A stretch of 64,000 bases of DNA from Octopus sinensis. Its lineage: Eukaryota. Of this stretch, positions 25,076 through 37,400 are shown in pieces. Below the pieces are notes generated by a model. It worked only from the letters and a program-made list of their open reading frames with translations. It searched no databases and was not told the DNA's origin. Location: assembly GCF_006345805.1 (NCBI RefSeq), contig NC_043003.1, forward strand, positions 79,546,001 to 79,610,000, given 5' to 3'. Every line of letters starts with the position of its first letter. Position 1 is the first letter of the stretch. The position numbers and the translations under genes were made by a program.

Positions 25076-25676
25076 TTCCGTTTCCCTCATATTTGCTGGC
25101 TATGAGTCAAAATTTGAAAGGATTATTCAGGTTAAGCTTTGAAGGTACTGGCATCTCTCTTTTTCCCTCTCTTTATATACACTTGCAGGCACGCTTACAC
25201 ACACACACACACAAATCGATCTCGCTTTCCGTTGGTTGAGAGCTCAATAATTTAGATTTGGGGCTTGTCTTTCACAGCAAAGCTAAGAATATATTTAGCC
25301 ATACGATTGTTACCTTACAATTTTATTCTCTTATACGCTACATCAGTGCTATGGTAATTTAATACGTACAACCAACTTTGCATTGCAATGTAAATAATCT
25401 TTTCAACTATGGGTACAATCAAGATACGATCTAACAAACTGATGGACTTGTTTTTGATAGCACGGCTAAGAATATGTTTATTAAACGTCTGATCGTATGT
25501 ACGTCACAGGTGTTATATCAGAGTTTTACATCTTATATATATATATATATATATAAACTTTCTCACCTATATATATATATATAAACTAGGAGTAAGGATC
25601 TCTCATGTTCAGCTGAATTCATTCATCCTATGGCAAAATTTGTTTCTCATCCCAAAAATGAAAATCACTCTCCTTA

Positions 25677-25716
<40 letters not shown>

Positions 25717-27101
25717 ACACACAAACGTATATATGTGTGTGTGTGTGTGTGTATGTATATATGTATATATGTTTCATTTTTGGATTTGGTTTGTAAGATT
25801 CTTTATGTGACTTCGTGTGTTGAAGCATATTCTGTTGTATCTGCAGAGAGCCATTCTCTTTTAGTGTCTTATAATTTAACACATTCACCGAGAATGACTC
25901 TCCCCGGACACATCTGTATCTATATATGTATGCACACACACACATGCACATAAAACAGCATTCTTTACAGGACATTGGCTTAAAGTATCATTTACTTTAC
26001 TTAAAGCCAGAGCTTTTTCCCGAATTACAAAAATAAAATGAGATATGAAACAGAAGACTACAGGTAAAATTAGAAACGCCAGTGTTTCTTTAGAATTTTG
26101 CTTTCGTTAAAAGCAGAAAATTTATCTGCATTATATGAGGACGAATCAGAATTCAGTGTTCGTAATAAACATGAAGAATTTAGTCTTGGTAATAAACATG
26201 ATATACATAGATGTTTTGCCTCAACTCCACCGACTTTGGATGAAGTGAGGGTTTTTGTGCGCTTATATTTCTGTTCTTAATTTTTTTTGTGTGGTGCCTG
26301 CCCGACTGCTTGTTTTTAATATATGTAAGCCTGTTATATGTATGTTGGTTTATGTGTGAGCATGGGTTTGCTTTTGTACGAATGATCTGCTGAAGCTTTT
26401 CTTAGATTAAGGCCTGTTCCAACGAAAATAATTCAGTAAGTTAATACGCTGTAAGTAAATAAATAATGATATATAAAGAAAACAAAATTGGAAGAATGAC
26501 GCTGTAAGTATATAAACAGTATTTTATATGGGTTCGCCTGTTTATAATGGAAATAGGTAGCGTTATCTTATCGCATTCTAAGGGAATGATAACAAAGAAA
26601 AAAGAAAACACACACACACATACGCATACACACACACACATACACACACGCAGGAAGAAATTACAAACAAACTAAAAAGAAAACGAATTCTATAACTCTT
26701 TACACAAAAATATCAAAGAGAAGATGGAGAAATAGACACTTTTATCCGATGGATTAAAGCAAGACTTCTGTAGGCTTCCCTATTTTGCTAAACTTTTAAA
26801 ACTGGTGATTTAAAATAAAATTTAAATAGCAAAAAAAAAAAAAACAACAAAAAAAACCAACAGCATCAGTCGTCGAAAGTGCCAAATGACGTCAAAAGCA
26901 GACGAGAACGCGCGCGCGCTGTGTGTATGTACGTGCGTGCGTGTGTCTGAGCTAGAGTAACATTTTTGTGTAGTAGTGGAACTACATATGTATATATGTA
27001 TGTATGTATGTATGTATGTACATGCGTACATAAATACATATACACACACGTACATACATACATTCGTAATACATACATGCATACATACAAATCAGCTGTC
27101 A

Positions 27102-27437
27102 ATAATTTTTTCTACTTTCGGCACAAGATCTGGAATTTGGGGGAGAGGGATGGTCGATTACGTCGACCCCAGTACGCAACTGGTACTTAATTTATCGACT
27201 CCGAAAGGATGAAAGGCAAAGTCGACCTCGGCAGAATTTGAACTCAGAACGTAACAGCAGACGAAATACTTATTTCTTTACTGACCACAAGGGGCTAAAC
27301 ACAGAGAGGACAAACAAGAACAGACAAACGGATTAAGTCGATTACATCGACCCCAGTGCGTAACTGGTACTTAATTTATCGACCCCGAAAGGATGAAAAG
27401 CAAAGTCAACCTCGGCGGAATTTGAACTCAGAACGTA
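27102..27437 (-). mobile_element. Dimeric SINE family A (tail A + tail B)
   Basis: Junction aaagaaata|agtatttcgtctg at 27270/27271. Confidence 0.85.
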
Positions 27438-27865
27438 ATATAAACGTTTCAAATTTACCGGCAAAATTAGTTTAAAAACCATGTAATATGTATGCAATTT
27501 TTTTGGCCAAAATGTGTGGTTACACAACGAGCCTAAATGTACCATATAAAGTTATAATTTAATGTTATTATACAATTTATTAATAATGGGAAAACAACGT
27601 AGCCTTAGTCCAGTCACGAGAGCAAACATCGTATATTACAGCAAAAAAAAAAAAAAAAATATATAGATAACCTGCAGTATATAGCACAACATTTTTGTCT
27701 CCGTATGTGAGCTAAGTATTAATAAAATGTGGTATACGATAAAAATTTCGGATATTTGTCTTAAAACATTCAGACAAGAAAATTCAGATGTAGCACATGA
27801 GGTATAATTCCAAACGAATATACACATATTTATGTTAAGAGTTTCATGATAAAAATATAGAAATA

Positions 27866-28423
27866 TTGGCTTGTCCGAAAAGTTCGTGCCGATTTATAGT
27901 AGCTTATCTTTCGACTTATTTTAGAACATGTTTGAGTCCATAAAATAAGATTTGACTACACCTCCATTTAGAGCACAGTTTAAGCTATTTTTTCGTGGAA
28001 GAAGGTTTATGTTCCTATAAGCTGTGTTAATTCTGTAACCCTTTAAAATAAAAGATAAGAAAGTTCATTTTCGGCACTTGATACTTTGGGAACCAGACAA
28101 AAATTGCTGCAGCTCGGCTGTAATGTGTTACCCCCACTCTCCCTATTCCCCAGATATTGCTCCTTCGGATTTTCACTTATTCAGGTCTCTGCAGAAAAGT
28201 CTTGATGGTAAAAATTTCAATTCCTTAGATGACGTAAAAAGATACCTTCACGAATTCTTTGCCTTGAAACCACCCCAATTCTGGAAAGAGGGTAAAGAAG
28301 GAAAGATGAAGACGTATTGTGCAACGAAATGGTTCAGATTTGGTTCATTAAAAATGCAATGGCAAGTATTTAGCGACCATTACTTTCCTTTAAAAATCGG
28401 AACGAACTTTCCGGACAACCCAA
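27866..28423 (+). mobile_element. Internally deleted mariner (558 bp)
   Basis: 30-bp TIRs ttggcttgtccgaaaagttcgtgccgattt / aaatcggaacgaactttccggacaacccaa with TA on both sides; N-terminal KKVHFRHLILWE joined directly to [21 protein letters not shown]. Confidence 0.92.
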
Positions 28424-28657
28424 TATAAACGTAACAATGAAATACGAATATAAACATGAAAAATAAAAACCTAAATTGAAAGAGGCGATTAAAATTTTTT
28501 CCTAACCTGAAGCCGTTTAAGAAAAGTGGTTGTACGAAGTATTCGAAATTCAGCCCTCCTTCCTCAGGGTTCCTTTCTCGAGGTAAAATCCAGCAAAAAG
28601 CATTAAGGCACTACATGGTGAGTATTCAGTTGGTGAAAGTTCAGTTTTTGAGTATCG

Positions 28658-28693
28658 ATGAATAAGTGACAGCATCATATGAGGCTCTTCAGC
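28658..28693. repeat. Left copy of a 36-bp target-site duplication (right copy 30717-30752)
   Basis: atgaataagtgacagcatcatatgaggc(t/g)cttcagc, 35/36 identical. Confidence 0.9.
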
Positions 28694-30716
28694 TTTTCTT
28701 TATTGCCCACTAGGGGCTACACAGAGGGGACGCTACACACACTGGGGACATAGAACATCACGATTACATAGAAATGAAAGATGAATTTTGAAAATGATAT
28801 GAAAGTGATGCTAACAGCCCCATCCACTAGCATCACTTATCTGTCCTTTAGTTATTAATCCCAAACAAATATGCTTTCCTCTCTATTCCTCTCTCGAACA
28901 CATGTATATGATTCATTTATTTGAAAAGAAGTAATATACATCGCATTTAACTTGTCATTTCTAAATAAAACTAATGAGGTTTATTATTTAGATTAAGCAA
29001 GGTGGTGAGCTGGCAAAATCGTTAGCACGCCGGGTAAAATGCGTAGCCGTATTTCGTCTGTCGTTACGTTCTGAGTTCAATTTCCGCCGAGGTCGACTTT
29101 GTCTTTCATCCTTTCGGGGTCGATTAAATAAGTACCAGTTACGCACTGGAGTCGATATAATCGACTTAATCCGTTTGTCTGTCCTTGTTTGTCCTCTAGC
29201 TCCTTCACTGTCTCTTCATCTATGTTCACCTTAGACATTCCCCAGTCCTTCTCTTTGCACCTTTCCACAAATTCCTCCACTTGTTCCTTTGGGATTATTG
29301 CACATCTTTTCTGTCCCCTATCGCACCATTGATAGTCCGTTAAAGTTTCTTTTATTTCCTCTTTCCCTGAAATACATAGGGTGTAGGGCCTAGGTATATT
29401 TTTAGTATCTTGCTCGTACGTTTCTCTTTTTTGTTTTCTTGTTGGTGGGGAGTGGATGGGTTCACTGTCTGCAGGGGAAGGGTGGGTCTCTGAGGATGCG
29501 GGTGGTGTTGGGGTGGGTTGGGGTTCAACACTGTTTGGTTTTCTTCTTCTTTTTCTCTTCCTCTTTTCCTTGACTTCATTCCATTCTTTTGAATCCTCCT
29601 CCTCTTCTGTTGTCTCCTTCTCCTCTGGTTTCCGCTCCTCTTCAACCTCTCTTTGAGGTTCTGTATTCATTTCTTTTGGTGGGGAAGGGCAGTTAGCTCT
29701 TATATGGCCTCTCAGGCCACACTTGTAGCAACGGGGAGCTCTGCCCTCCACCCACTTCTCTTCTGGTTTCTGCTCTTTTTCCGCCTCTCTTTGCGGTTCC
29801 GCATCCATATCTTTCTCTGGGGGAGGGCAGTTAGCTCTTATGTGGCCTCTCAGGCCACACTTGCAGCAACGCGGAGTCCCGTCCTCCGCCCACACTCTCA
29901 CGATCACGCCTTCCACTCCCATACTCTCCGTTAGACTCTCCAGCACTTCATCCTCCGCCTGCACATTCAAGTCCAGCGCTGCGCCTCTCCAGCCATCGAC
30001 CCTCACCGTGGCATGCAGAATGTCCACCTTCTCCTCATGACCGCCAACTATAGCTGCCACAATCCACTCAGCCTCGACACTTTGGGGCACTCCCTCCACC
30101 CTCACTCCAGCGATCCTCCTGCTCAGGTACGAGGGCAAAAGGAACACCCTCCCAGACCTCACCGCCTTCGCCGCCATCCTCACTGCTACACTTTCACTCA
30201 CGAACCGCACCACCACTGCACCGCAGCTCACACCTCCTGTCAGAAATGCTACCTCCTCCTCCGTTCCTCTCAGGGCCTCTTCCATCCATTCCACATTCAC
30301 CATTTCGACCCTCCCCCCTCCGTTTACATAGACCCGGCATGTAATAGTCCCCCTCTCGCACCATTCTCCGCGCGTTGGCGGCGGTGCCAATTCTACCTCA
30401 CCGCCGTCCCTCCTGATAAACCTCCGGCAACCTGGCAGCTTGGCCAAGTCCAACTCTCTCTCCTCCGACCCCTTGGCCACTCCAGCACAGGCACTACCCA
30501 ACTTTTGGTCCACTCTCCTCGCCGCCTCCTCCAACTCCTCCTCAGACGCAGACGAGTCCGATAGGGCTCCGAACATTCCTGCCATCTCTCCCATTAGGGA
30601 GGGGCCGTCCCTGTCTGTCCCAACACAGACAGACAAACACCGTGCAACCGTACAACAAAAACGTTTAACAAAATTAACGTGTAACGCAGTAACAAAATTT
30701 AACTTACGACTTCAAA
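28694..30716 (-). mobile_element. Tx1/L1-type non-LTR retrotransposon derivative: 5'UTR + ORF1 + captured local DNA + 3' tail
   Basis: Bounded by the 36-bp TSD; gag-like ORF with CCHC knuckles; no RT/endonuclease sequence; 28899-29197 is a copy of 24125-24423. Confidence 0.8.
29077..30594 (-). CDS. ORF1/gag-like nucleic-acid-binding protein (about 505 aa from the first ATG) with two CX2CX4HX4C zinc knuckles; last about 40 aa come from an antisense SINE
   Basis: PRCCKCGLRGHIRANCP and PRCYKCGLRGHIRANCP, an upstream VRVEGVP motif, an acidic/basic linker and no internal stops. The track start at 30636 is a TTG; the first ATG is at 30594. Confidence 0.8.
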   Translation of the reverse strand: MGEMAGMFGALSDSSASEEELEEAARRVDQKLGSACAGVAKGSEERELDLAKLPGCRRFIRRDGGEVELAPPPTRGEWCERGTITCRVYVNGGGRVEMVNVEWMEEALRGTEEEVAFLTGGVSCGAVVVRFVSESVAVRMAAKAVRSGRVFLLPSYLSRRIAGVRVEGVPQSVEAEWIVAAIVGGHEEKVDILHATVRVDGWRGAALDLNVQAEDEVLESLTESMGVEGVIVRVWAEDGTPRCCKCGLRGHIRANCPPPEKDMDAEPQREAEKEQKPEEKWVEGRAPRCYKCGLRGHIRANCPSPPKEMNTEPQREVEEERKPEEKETTEEEEDSKEWNEVKEKRKRKRRRKPNSVEPQPTPTPPASSETHPSPADSEPIHSPPTRKQKRETYEQDTKNIPRPYTLCISGKEEIKETLTDYQWCDRGQKRCAIIPKEQVEEFVERCKEKDWGMSKVNIDEETVKELEDKQGQTNGLSRLYRLQCVTGTYLIDPERMKDKVDLGGN

Positions 30717-31228
30717 ATGAATAAGTGACAGCATCATATGAGGCGCTTCAGCATTTTCAAGAGGATTAACACGTTTAACTAAGAAATGAAAATCATTGAA
30801 GCTTAACTTTAGTTTATCATGCAAATGGGAATATTCCACTCTGATATATACTACAATAACAAAGTTAGATTTGTGCATAAATATTCATTGGATCTAATCC
30901 AGATAGTATTTTCAAAAAGCTTTACAGTTTTATATTCTAAAAAAATTAAATTTTAAAGTTTAAGAGAATTATAAGACGCTAAATATTTATGCTTACAACA
31001 TACTAAAATGTCTGTAATTTTTTATATAGGGGTGAATAAATGAATTCTTGTGTCCCCTATATCTAATTTTAAAATTAGTAGTACTCCCTATATAAATTTT
31101 CCTAAGTCTGGAGCGTTAAACTAATAAACCTGTTTGCTGTTTACACACTCGTCTTCGTCTTTTGTTCGTTTCTTTTGTAAATTCCAAATATATATATGTA
31201 TGTATATGTATGTATGTGTGTGTATGCA

Positions 31229-31309
<81 letters not shown>

Positions 31310-31446
31310 GGATTTCTCAGACAGGAACTGAAACAAATCGATCGAATATATATGTATATATGTAAGGGTATGTGTTTTGCTATTGGTAACATGAATGACA
31401 ATGGCCAGAGACTACTTGAATTTGAATGTATGTATGTATGGTCTAT

Positions 31447-31758
31447 ATACTCTCTTATACACACACGCACCTTTGTGTTGGGGGCTCCTTCGTATTGGAA
31501 GTCACTTGACCCTGTTATCTCCCCTACTGTCCCCCTCGTGTCTGACCATTCTGTCCGAAGTCAGACGCCATGATAGATCTTTAGCTACTACACACATTTT
31601 TTTCTCTCCTTGTTTTTTTCTGTGTATCTTACTGTAGAAGAGCGTAGGTTCGAAACGTAAAAGACTTTTTACTATTCCTGAACGCTATACTAATACATTT
31701 GTTTGTTTGTACACCACCTGCCTTCATCTTTTGTTTATTTTCGTAACCTTTCCCTTTA

Positions 31759-31765
<7 letters not shown>
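31447..31765 (+). mobile_element. PLE terminal-repeat-like unit with minimal hammerhead motif (31626-31664)
   Basis: CTGTAGA-A-GAGCgtagGTTC-GAAA-CGTA-aaaga; downstream sequence matches 42405-42500. Confidence 0.65.
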
Positions 31766-31799
<34 letters not shown>

Positions 31800-31802
<3 letters not shown>

Positions 31803-32100
31803 TCAGACACGAGGGGGACAGTAGGGGAGATAACAGGGTCAAGTGACTTCCAATACAAAGGAGCCCCCAACACAAAGGTGCGTGTGTGTATAAGAGAGTA
31901 TGTATGTGCGTGTGAAAGAGGGGTGGTGGTCTGGACATGTGTGGGTGTGGAGATGTGGGGATGGGTGTGTAGGTGGTGTGTTGTGATGTGATATGTGTAT
32001 GTATGTGTAGGTGTAAAGATGCGAGGATGGGTGTGTGGGTGGTGTGTTGTGGGTATGTGGGTGGTGTGTTGTGATGTGATGCACATGTATATATACATAT
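31800..32100 (-). mobile_element. Inverted, 5'-extended copy of the start of the 31447 unit
   Basis: 31800-31901 is the reverse complement of 31447-31548 with one mismatch seen. Confidence 0.75.
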
Positions 32101-32114
32101 GCATACATACATTA

Positions 32115-32510
32115 TTACTCTTTTACTCTATTACTTGTTTCAGTCATATGAGTGAGGACATGCTGGAACACTGCCTCTTAGTTGTAGAAATCGAGCCCTG
32201 CACTTATTATTTGTAAGCCTGGTGCTTATTCTGTCGAAATCTTCTGCCGAAGTGCTAAGTTACGGTGACGTAAACACAGTAATATCGGTTTCTAAGCGAT
32301 GGTGGAGGTGGTGGTGGTGGGGGAACAACACAGACACAAATACATACACGTAATATATAGAGGACATACATTGTTCATGTTCCGTCAATCAAATCCAGTA
32401 GCATGGGTTTGGTCGGCCCAAGGGTATAAAAGAAGACACTTGCCCAGAGGCTGAACCCGGAACCCTGTGGTTGGCAAGCAAGCTTCTTAGTACACTGCCA
32501 CGCCTGCGCC
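32115..32510 (-). mobile_element. Diverged SINE family B
   Basis: Tail ttactcttttactc...cagtcat and head aagcttgcttgccaaccacagggttcc. Confidence 0.75.
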
Positions 32511-32518
32511 TATATATA

Positions 32519-32549
<31 letters not shown>

Positions 32550-32624
32550 ATATAATATATATATATGCATATATATATACAAATATATATATACATATAC
32601 GTATATATGTATACATATATATGT

Positions 32625-33063
32625 GTTTATTGGACACCCTGCGGGATGAAAAACAAAACCCGCCAAGGGGCGGAGGAACTCTTGAGAGTCAACGCCCATC
32701 CAGTAAATGTCTTAAGGATGTATCATGCACAGGGACATAGAAATAATCGGACTGAATACCCGATCGCGCGGTTAAACCATTGGGAGTGAAGGACTCCCAG
32801 CCTTTGTTAGGGCATCCTTCTAGGAGAAGGTAACTCAGGTAACTGGGATAACTCCGACATAAAACCTACGGCTCAGTAGTTACCGATGATGTTGACTTGT
32901 TCTTCTCTTCGGATTATGACTGCTGTTGCTTAGTGAGTGGGATTGACTCAGTGCACAGTCTTTCCTCACTTTAAAAAAAAATCTTCTTGCACAGGCATTG
33001 CACGATAACACCATTGATTAAGCTTCGTGTAATGGCCATACTCGATAACGAGAGGGCAGCAAC
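32625..33063 (+). mobile_element. Non-coding element resembling an RTE 5'-UTR derivative
   Basis: gggcatccttctaggagaaggtaactc resembles the gcaaccagtctaggagaaggaaaactc motif recalled from RTE 5' ends; flanked by (TA)n. Confidence 0.35.
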
Positions 33064-33090
33064 CATATATATATATATATATATATATAT

Positions 33091-33191
<101 letters not shown>

Positions 33192-33544
33192 CACACACAT
33201 ATATATATATACATACATATAGGTATATATAGATACATTTTTATATATATACAAATACATACGTAGATATACATAAATATATATATATACATATATATAC
33301 ACATACACACATAAATATACATACATAAATAAATATATACATATATATAAATATATACATACATAAACATCGATAGAATAAGTACTAGGCTTAAAAAAAC
33401 AATAAGTACTGGGGTCAATAAATTCAACTAAAAAAATTCTTCAAGGCAGTGCCCCAGCATGGCCATAGTCAAATGAAACAAGTAAAAGATAAAAAATAAA
33501 TGCAATAATGGCTTCACATTTTTGCACAAGATAAAAGATTTTAG

Positions 33545-33725
33545 GGTAAGGCCTGGCCGATTGAACGATCTCAGTTTTCAACAGGTATTCTATTTTATCG
33601 ATCTTGAAAAGATGAAAGCCAAAGTCGACCTCGGCAACAATTGAACTCAGAATGTAAAGAGGTAGAACAAATGCCGCTAAGCATTTTGTCCCAGTATAGT
33701 AACGATTCTGGTAGTTCGTCCCCTT
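33545..33725 (-). mobile_element. Diverged SINE family A
   Basis: gatgaaagccaaagtcgacctcggcaacaattgaactcagaatgt. Confidence 0.7.
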
Positions 33726-34477
33726 CAGTAAATGTATTAAACAAAGGAAGAAGGTCAGCGCTCTTCACTTTTCCGAAGCTTCCGTATTGGAGGAGACAAA
33801 CGGAATAAGTTATATATAACTTACAAAATAGACCAGGGTGGTCTTCGTTAAAGGCACATAAACGGATTTCTATACAGTTTCCCAAATCCAAATTTCATTC
33901 ACAAGGCATCGCTTGACCATAGACCGTAGTAGTCGACATGAGTCAAATATGTCTTGTGGAATCGAACTTGAATTTAGAGACTCAATCGCGCATTCATAAA
34001 GTTACGTGTGATAGATTAACTTTGTAGCCGAGGGAAGATTCGTCGCTGATCCTCTAAACCAGACATAAGTAACCTTTTTTGAGAAGTGGGCCATACGAGA
34101 CATAGCTTATCAACAGGCGGACCGCACTAATAAAACATTAAAGGTAAGTTTTCATTAGGCGTGCCATTCAGAATCTCCCGCGGGCTGTAGTTTGCCCATG
34201 ACAATTGTAAAAGCTCAGTGATCATACCAGAATTACTGACAGGATCACCGGGGCAATGGACTATGGAGGTCAGTGAAGCAGAATCAACAACAGCAACGAG
34301 AACAATAACAGTAATAGTAATGGTTGTCTACTTTAGAATTATGTCGTAATCTGTGTGGAAGAAATGTATTTTATCAGCCAGCCCTGTTTGAGAAACACAT
34401 ACGAACCTCTCTGACTAACGACTTGCCTTAAGCTGGAACATTGGTTGATATACCTTTGCGAATGACACACACACACA

Positions 34478-34509
<32 letters not shown>

Positions 34510-35432
34510 CACACACAACACACACACACACACACGCACGCACGCACACACACACACCACACACACCACCACACACACACACACACACACACACAACACA
34601 CACACACACACACACACACAGAATGAATATATATGTGATGCCTTTGGTCAATGTATATCCGCGCGACGGTTAGAGACAGTTGCGAGAATATACACAACCG
34701 GCATTTTAGTAGGAACGAACTCTCTTGGTATACATCGAGGCATTCTTCGTCAATTTTATGGCCAGATTGATCTGGTGACTGGGCCATTATTAAAATCTAT
34801 AACCAACGACACTATTATTTCTCCAGCTTCGGTATGAAACAAAATAACTTACAAAATAAATTCATTCTGTCTAACACTGTACAGTTTCTGACAGCTAACA
34901 ACTCAATTATCAAAGAAATATTAGAAATATATGAAAGCTGCGACATGTTTTCTTTTATATTATCCAACGGAGAAATTTATGGTTATTTATAACGAAGATA
35001 ATTCTGTTAAATTTCTTGACTGTTATTTCTCGCCTACATCTTTTGTCTTATTCCAAGTCTTACAGAAGACATCTATTAATTATCATATCTTTCTCACAGA
35101 CTTAAACTGCAAGAATTCTAAAGATGATGTGAATATGAAAAATAATATTAATTTCCTCCGAATAGAAAAGATAAATCTTTTTCACTCAAGTAAAATAAAT
35201 TGATGAGATTCACAAAAATTATAAGACGTGTTTATCTCAGCTTTCATTTGTTCTAAGCTGGAGGAGGCACTACGTCTGCGAACTATAAGTTGAGCGTGTA
35301 AATGAGGAGTACGCGTCAATCTGTCGGATGTGTTTGTTTCGAATGCCAACCAGGACATTTGTATATGTAACAACAGTAGCATTGTTCCAGATTCACTTAC
35401 TTTAGAATTGTTGATAGTCACCAGTTGTTTAG

Positions 35433-35790
35433 GCGCCGGAGTGGTTGTGTGGTTAGAAGTTTACTTCCCAACCACATGGTTCCGGGGTCAGTTCCACTGC
35501 ATGGCACCTTGATCAAGTGTTTTCTATTATAGTCTCAGCCTTGTGAGTGGATTTGGTAGACGGAAACTGATAGAAGCCCGTCGTATATGTATGTATGTAT
35601 GTATGCATTTGTGTGTCTGTGTTTATCCCCCCACCATCGCTTGACAACCGATGTTGGTGTGTTTATGTCTCCATAACTTAGCAGTTCGGCAAAAGACCCC
35701 GATAGAATAAGTACTAGGCTTACAACGAATAAGTCCTGGGGGTCGATTTGTTCGTCTAAAGACGGTGCTCCAGCATGGACGCCGTCAAAT
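35433..35790 (+). mobile_element. SINE family B
   Basis: ggcgccggagtggttgtgtggttagaag ... gtcaaatgactgaag. Confidence 0.85.
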
Positions 35791-35829
35791 GACTGAAGTA
35801 GATAAAAGAGGCCTCGCAGTATTTTCTAA

Positions 35830-37400
35830 CTTTGAGGGGAAAACGTATCGTCTCGTAACTGACGAAGCCTTAACCACCGAGGGGAAATCATGCCTGAAAA
35901 TAACTCATTTACTAAAGAACAGAAAGGATGCCGTAGAAACTCATCTGGCTATGAATATGAATTACTGATCGACAAAGCCACAAACAAAGACTGAAGAAGA
36001 AGGGCTACCAAAGGTCTGAGCGTAGCATAGATTGTTTTGTGACAACGTTTTTCATACATGGATCTTAGAAACATTAACCATGAATAAAACCAATTATAAG
36101 GAGAGACATTAAAATATGTCACGAGGAAATGGCAAAAGAATCTATAGATACAAATGATGGAATTTTAAAAAACTCAATCCTGATTACAGTATTCTAGAGA
36201 GACTCTTATTCTCCACTTTTGTTTTGTCTGACACTAACACTTTTAACCTACCTGTTAAAACAGACTGAACTCGTACATAAATTTTATAAAGGGAACAACT
36301 AGCCATCTTCTAGATATGGACAACCTGAAGCTGTAAATCGCAGATGATAATCTGAATCACAGCTATAGACATTACACAGATTTATCAGAGGAACTGAGAG
36401 ATGAGATTCGGGTTAGAAACTGTTAGGAAATCTTGAAGAGAGAAAATTAAAAGGACTAGTATCTTGTGAGATAATGATACGAAAATAAACGAATCAAACC
36501 TAATATGGGCATAAAAATATATAGGAATCGACAAACTAGAATACAACACATATACAAACGAAAGAAAAGTTTAGGAAAGAATATAAGCAATGTACTAGAT
36601 TAATACAAGTAACAGAGCTAAATGCAAACAGTAAGTTAAAGATATCAATACTCTAGATGTTCCATTGATTATATTTTGATATTCTAAACTGGATGCAAGG
36701 GAATTAATAAAACTAGAGACTAAGACACTAAAAACAACAATTGCATTTAGAATACACCATCCAATCGCTGACACTGAAAGATTACACATATCACAAATTC
36801 AGATAGGTATGGATCTAAGGTGACTAGAAAAGTATTGTAAAATATCCACAGAAAGATTACAAGGTAAAGCGTTATAGAAATCCAATACAAATAGCTATAA
36901 ACACAATCAAAACTGTGTCCTGCTTTGAGAGAAATCAACAAATTCAAAACAGAGTCTGAAGTAGCGAACAAATTTAAGAGAATGGAGAATTTATATCACG
37001 ATCAATAGCAGAAAAAAAAAGAAAACTGTACGCGGTGATAACAAATTTAAATCGCAGCAGTGATTATGAAGGATTTTTCTTATCAGGTTAAAAGATTAAA
37101 GTCTTCTCACCAGGAACTAGTAAAAACCTGCAATCAAGCAGGCTACATTAAGTAACTGTTTATATAGAGGTTTGGAAGAAACAACGATATACAGTTTACC
37201 CAAGAGAGAGAGACATGTACAGGTATGACTCAGCCAGAGCTATGAATTAATGATAGAAAAGTGGCGTAGTATAAACATACTACAAAAACAAAATGATCTC
37301 AGTGAATAATATATGCACATCCACATAAAGAGATGAAAGATAATCGACCAGATTATTAAGGTCCTTTTACTCGAATTATCAGTTTTAACTGTTAGTGGGA
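35830..37400 (+). pseudogene. Highly degenerate R4/Dong-type LINE (RT region)
   Basis: Frameshifted motifs DSYSPLLFCLTLT, SHLLDMDNLKL, MRFGLE, HHPIADTERL and a late NRPD. Confidence 0.65.

Noticed and set aside
30013-30564. Plus-strand ORFs overlapping the ORF1 (183 aa and others)
   Set aside because: Antisense shadows of the GC-rich, purine-biased minus-strand ORF1.
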